Shown here: positions 33,020 to 34,881 of the stretch, piece after piece
Numbering within the stretch: position 1 is the stretch's first letter
Layout: each line of letters opens with the position of its first letter
From: a virus
Taxonomy: Duplodnaviria; Heunggongvirae; Uroviricota; Caudoviricetes
Reading direction: 5' to 3' (one strand)
DNA: 34,881 nt
IMG/VR virus record: IMGVR_UViG_3300028591_000140
Program-made: the position numbers and the translations under genes
The notes under the pieces: generated by a model
Databases searched by the model: none
What the model saw: the letters and a program-made list of their open reading frames with translations, nothing else
Told to the model about the DNA's origin: nothing

Positions 33020-33364
33020 TTATGGCGTTTCGGCATCCACATTGCCACGCCATTCGAATTCCTTAATGTCTTCTTTGTATGCATTAAGAACGGCTGAACT
33101 CTGCGGAGGATCGAAAACAACCTTAACTTTTTCAAAAATGTAAGTCTTGACCGTTTGGATCTGATCGCCATTAATGAAATCGTCCCAGGTTTCATCTGCT
33201 CCCTCAATCACAAAAGGCTTGTCTGTAGGGCCGACCCCGATCTGAAAGCAAATGCCAAACGCAGAGTTAATAAATAGGATAAGCTCGGGATCGAAGTGAG
33301 TGTAATCTGCTTCAATTCCGAGCATTTTCTTAATAGATGTGAGAATACTCTCCATTTGAGCCAT
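33020..33364 (-). CDS. Head-tail adaptor (gp6/gp15-like), displaced upstream of the terminase
   Basis: SIL.SIKK.LGI...YT.FD..L...INSAF..L.Q.GVG...DPP.SS pattern. Confidence 0.7.
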   Translation of the reverse strand: MAQMESILTSIKKMLGIEADYTHFDPELILFINSAFGICFQIGVGPTDKPFVIEGADETWDDFINGDQIQTVKTYIFEKVKVVFDPPQSSAVLNAYKEDIKEFEWRGNVDAETP

Positions 33365-33375
33365 TTTGATTCACC

Positions 33376-33885
33376 TCATCCACGATTCACAGTATCCTGC
33401 TTGTAGGCCACACGACCAGAAGCATAAACGCCATTACGAACCTTATCCATGTTATAGCCTTGATCAGCCACAGCCATGTAAACGCCCAATTCACCACGCT
33501 TTGCGACGAAGCGAATAGCTCGACCAGATGGTGCTGTGACATCCTTCATAGAAGTATTCATCAACTCAGCCATCTTGCGATTATAGGCGTTCATGTAAGT
33601 GCGGCTGTCTTTGCCGGCTTTAGTGGCTTTTGCCAGAGCACGAAGTTCGCCTTTTTCATACTGTCGCATATCAGACTTAGTTCGCTTTGTGGCTTGCTTC
33701 ATGATAGACTTTTCATGCCTCTTAGCCCACTTCACATCTTTCTTCATAGACTTCTCATCCAGGCGAGCCTTGTGTCGTTTCCCAGCCGCAGTCAGAGTCC
33801 CATCAGGATTCTGGTAGCGTCTGACACCCCATTTCATACCAAGGATTCCATGGTGCATCAGATAGTCTTCAAACGACGGATTCAT
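33376..33885 (-). CDS. Basic LxH-HGxxGxKWG leader protein (candidate capsid cargo)
   Basis: DYLMHHGILGMKWGVRRYQNPDGTLT.AGK; Lys/Arg-rich. Confidence 0.8.
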   Translation of the reverse strand: MNPSFEDYLMHHGILGMKWGVRRYQNPDGTLTAAGKRHKARLDEKSMKKDVKWAKRHEKSIMKQATKRTKSDMRQYEKGELRALAKATKAGKDSRTYMNAYNRKMAELMNTSMKDVTAPSGRAIRFVAKRGELGVYMAVADQGYNMDKVRNGVYASGRVAYKQDTVNRG

Positions 33886-33891
33886 TTTGAT

Positions 33892-34317
33892 CTACCTCCA
33901 AGGGCATGTATCGTGAGGAGACCGAACAGTCGGCTCCGTTGGAATGAGTAAAGACTCGTCCCCATAGTGAATAGCATTATGGGTCGAGTCCATGGTACAG
34001 ATGAGATTCTCAGGATCGAATAGTTTGGGACTTCGATTCTTGACATCATCTATAGTGATGGGATTGAGATGGTGAACGATGATGCGAGCTCCACTTGGGA
34101 TCGGTCGGTCTTCGCAACCGAGATCACAGCCATTATCTCGAATGATGACTTTCCTTCGAGCAGCCCTCCAGTCTTTATCATCGTGATAAAGCTTCTGGTT
34201 TAAGTACCGGTCGAAGCCAAAAGTTGATTCACCAACTTTCCCATCTAAACGGAGATACTCAAAGCGTTCTTCAAAGGTCGGAAGCGAAGACAACTCAGTA
34301 TATGTCAAAGTCTTCAT
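33892..34317 (-). CDS. HNH endonuclease (packaging-associated)
   Basis: RDNGCDLGC...VHHLNPI...NLIC....THNAIHYG; start at ATG 34317 behind GAAAGGA (the track's 34482 extension overlaps the upstream gene). Confidence 0.9.
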   Translation of the reverse strand: MKTLTYTELSSLPTFEERFEYLRLDGKVGESTFGFDRYLNQKLYHDDKDWRAARRKVIIRDNGCDLGCEDRPIPSGARIIVHHLNPITIDDVKNRSPKLFDPENLICTMDSTHNAIHYGDESLLIPTEPTVRSPHDTCPWR

Positions 34318-34663
34318 CGCTCTCATCCTTTCGATCGCCGCGATACTCCTTAAATGCATTGATAGCATTACTGTAAAGCTCTTCGATCCGCTTGGCAGAT
34401 TGGAGAGCTTCTGTCTTTGCGCCATCAAGTTCGATCTTCTTACTGAGCAGTTCAAGCTCTTTGCGTTCTTTGGTCGAACCAAGGCGTAAAAAATGGACTA
34501 CCTCTGCCGAAGTAGCCGTACCATTTCTCAGACGCTCCTCAGCCAAGTCATAAGCCATAGCTATGAGTTGATTCTCTCGAGCCTCAGGAGAAAGTGCTGG
34601 ACGAGTTTTGGGTCTGGCAGAGGTGGTTTGCATAGCCTTTTGGCGAGCCATACCCAACTTCAC
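34295..34663 (-). CDS. Putative terminase small subunit
   Basis: First gene of the packaging operon, before HNH; short helical protein (PEARENQLIA.AYDLAE.RL..GTA). Function inferred from position only. Confidence 0.5.
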   Translation of the reverse strand: MKLGMARQKAMQTTSARPKTRPALSPEARENQLIAMAYDLAEERLRNGTATSAEVVHFLRLGSTKERKELELLSKKIELDGAKTEALQSAKRIEELYSNAINAFKEYRGDRKDESDEDFDIY

Positions 34664-34690
34664 CCCTTCTCTGTGTGAGTTTTGTTGTAG

Positions 34691-34855
34691 TTATTGGACA
34701 CTTTTAGAGACGCTCAAGGCAGGTTAAATATGTCAGAGAGGAACTGTATGAAACCCTTTGAAAGGAGCGGTTGGCAAGACCGATCTGGAGATGAGCAGGC
34801 TGACCATCAAGTGTCATTCGATAATCCCCTGAGCGCCTATAAAAGCGTCCAATAA
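34691..34855 (-). ncRNA. Candidate structured RNA or leader closed by a 26-bp imperfect inverted repeat
   Basis: 34691-34716 versus the reverse complement of 34830-34855: 23/26 identical; two of the three mismatches are G-U pairs on the minus-strand RNA. Confidence 0.5.
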
Positions 34856-34881
34856 AAAATGCCCCCGGAGAATTTTTCAGG
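34856..34881. other. Possible cos/packaging-proximal motif
   Basis: AAAAAT-GCCCCCGGAGA-ATTTTT imperfect dyad at the window end, upstream of the terS-like and HNH genes. The cos role is inferred from position and recall of related phages. Confidence 0.35.

Larger units (their letters stand above)
1..34881 (-). mobile_element. Temperate siphophage genome segment (packaging, head, tail, DGR, lysis and accessory modules) between an attP-like site and a possible genome end
   Basis: Co-oriented minus-strand terminase, portal, protease-capsid, major tail, tape measure, Dit, tail, endolysin and holin genes in canonical order; tRNA 3' fragment with arm-type repeats at the left end. Confidence 0.97.

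Noticed and set aside
1-34881. Second DGR variable repeat or a CRISPR array
   Set aside because: The TR core (e.g. GTAGGCCAAACC) was seen only in TR and VR, and no regularly spaced repeat-spacer array was seen. A remote VR outside the window cannot be excluded.

Overview
This window is about 35 kb of a temperate siphophage genome. It runs from an attP-like site (3' fragment of a tRNA flanked by arm-type repeats, nt 4-233) to a possible cos-like end (nt ~34850-34881). Almost all genes are on the minus strand. In transcription order they are: putative terminase small subunit, HNH nuclease, head-tail adaptor, terminase large subunit, portal, fused protease-scaffold-major capsid protein, head-tail and tail genes, tape measure, Dit, a 1,930-aa repeat-rich tail protein, small tail genes, lysis genes (two-catalytic-domain endolysin, LL-H holin) and accessory genes. 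From recall rather than a search, the architecture resembles the Lactococcus phage 1706-like group in gut Firmicutes. A complete diversity-generating retroelement (DGR) lies inside the late operon: target gene with VR at 7381-7522, TR at 7012-7156 and a reverse transcriptase. VR differs from TR by 20 adenine-only substitutions plus one deleted AAC codon. The DGR is atypical in having no avd-sized gene, an IGxxxDA rather than IGxxxSQ motif in the RT, a probable non-canonical RT start and a long hairpin between VR and TR. The strongest novel-looking lead is a shared [LIV]-x-H motif. It occurs six times in the capsid polyprotein linker and once in the N-terminal leader of each of four basic 'HGxxGxKWG' proteins, suggesting a His-specific prohead protease that processes a polymorphic set of capsid-packaged cargo proteins. 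Other leads are a strand-polarised WTCAAAATGR motif (at least 15 copies), a long structured leader near the genome end, a poly-C tract between SD and ATG, internal starts in the capsid and endolysin genes, and an antisense EcsC-family moron. Family assignments come from motif recognition by eye; no database searches were run.
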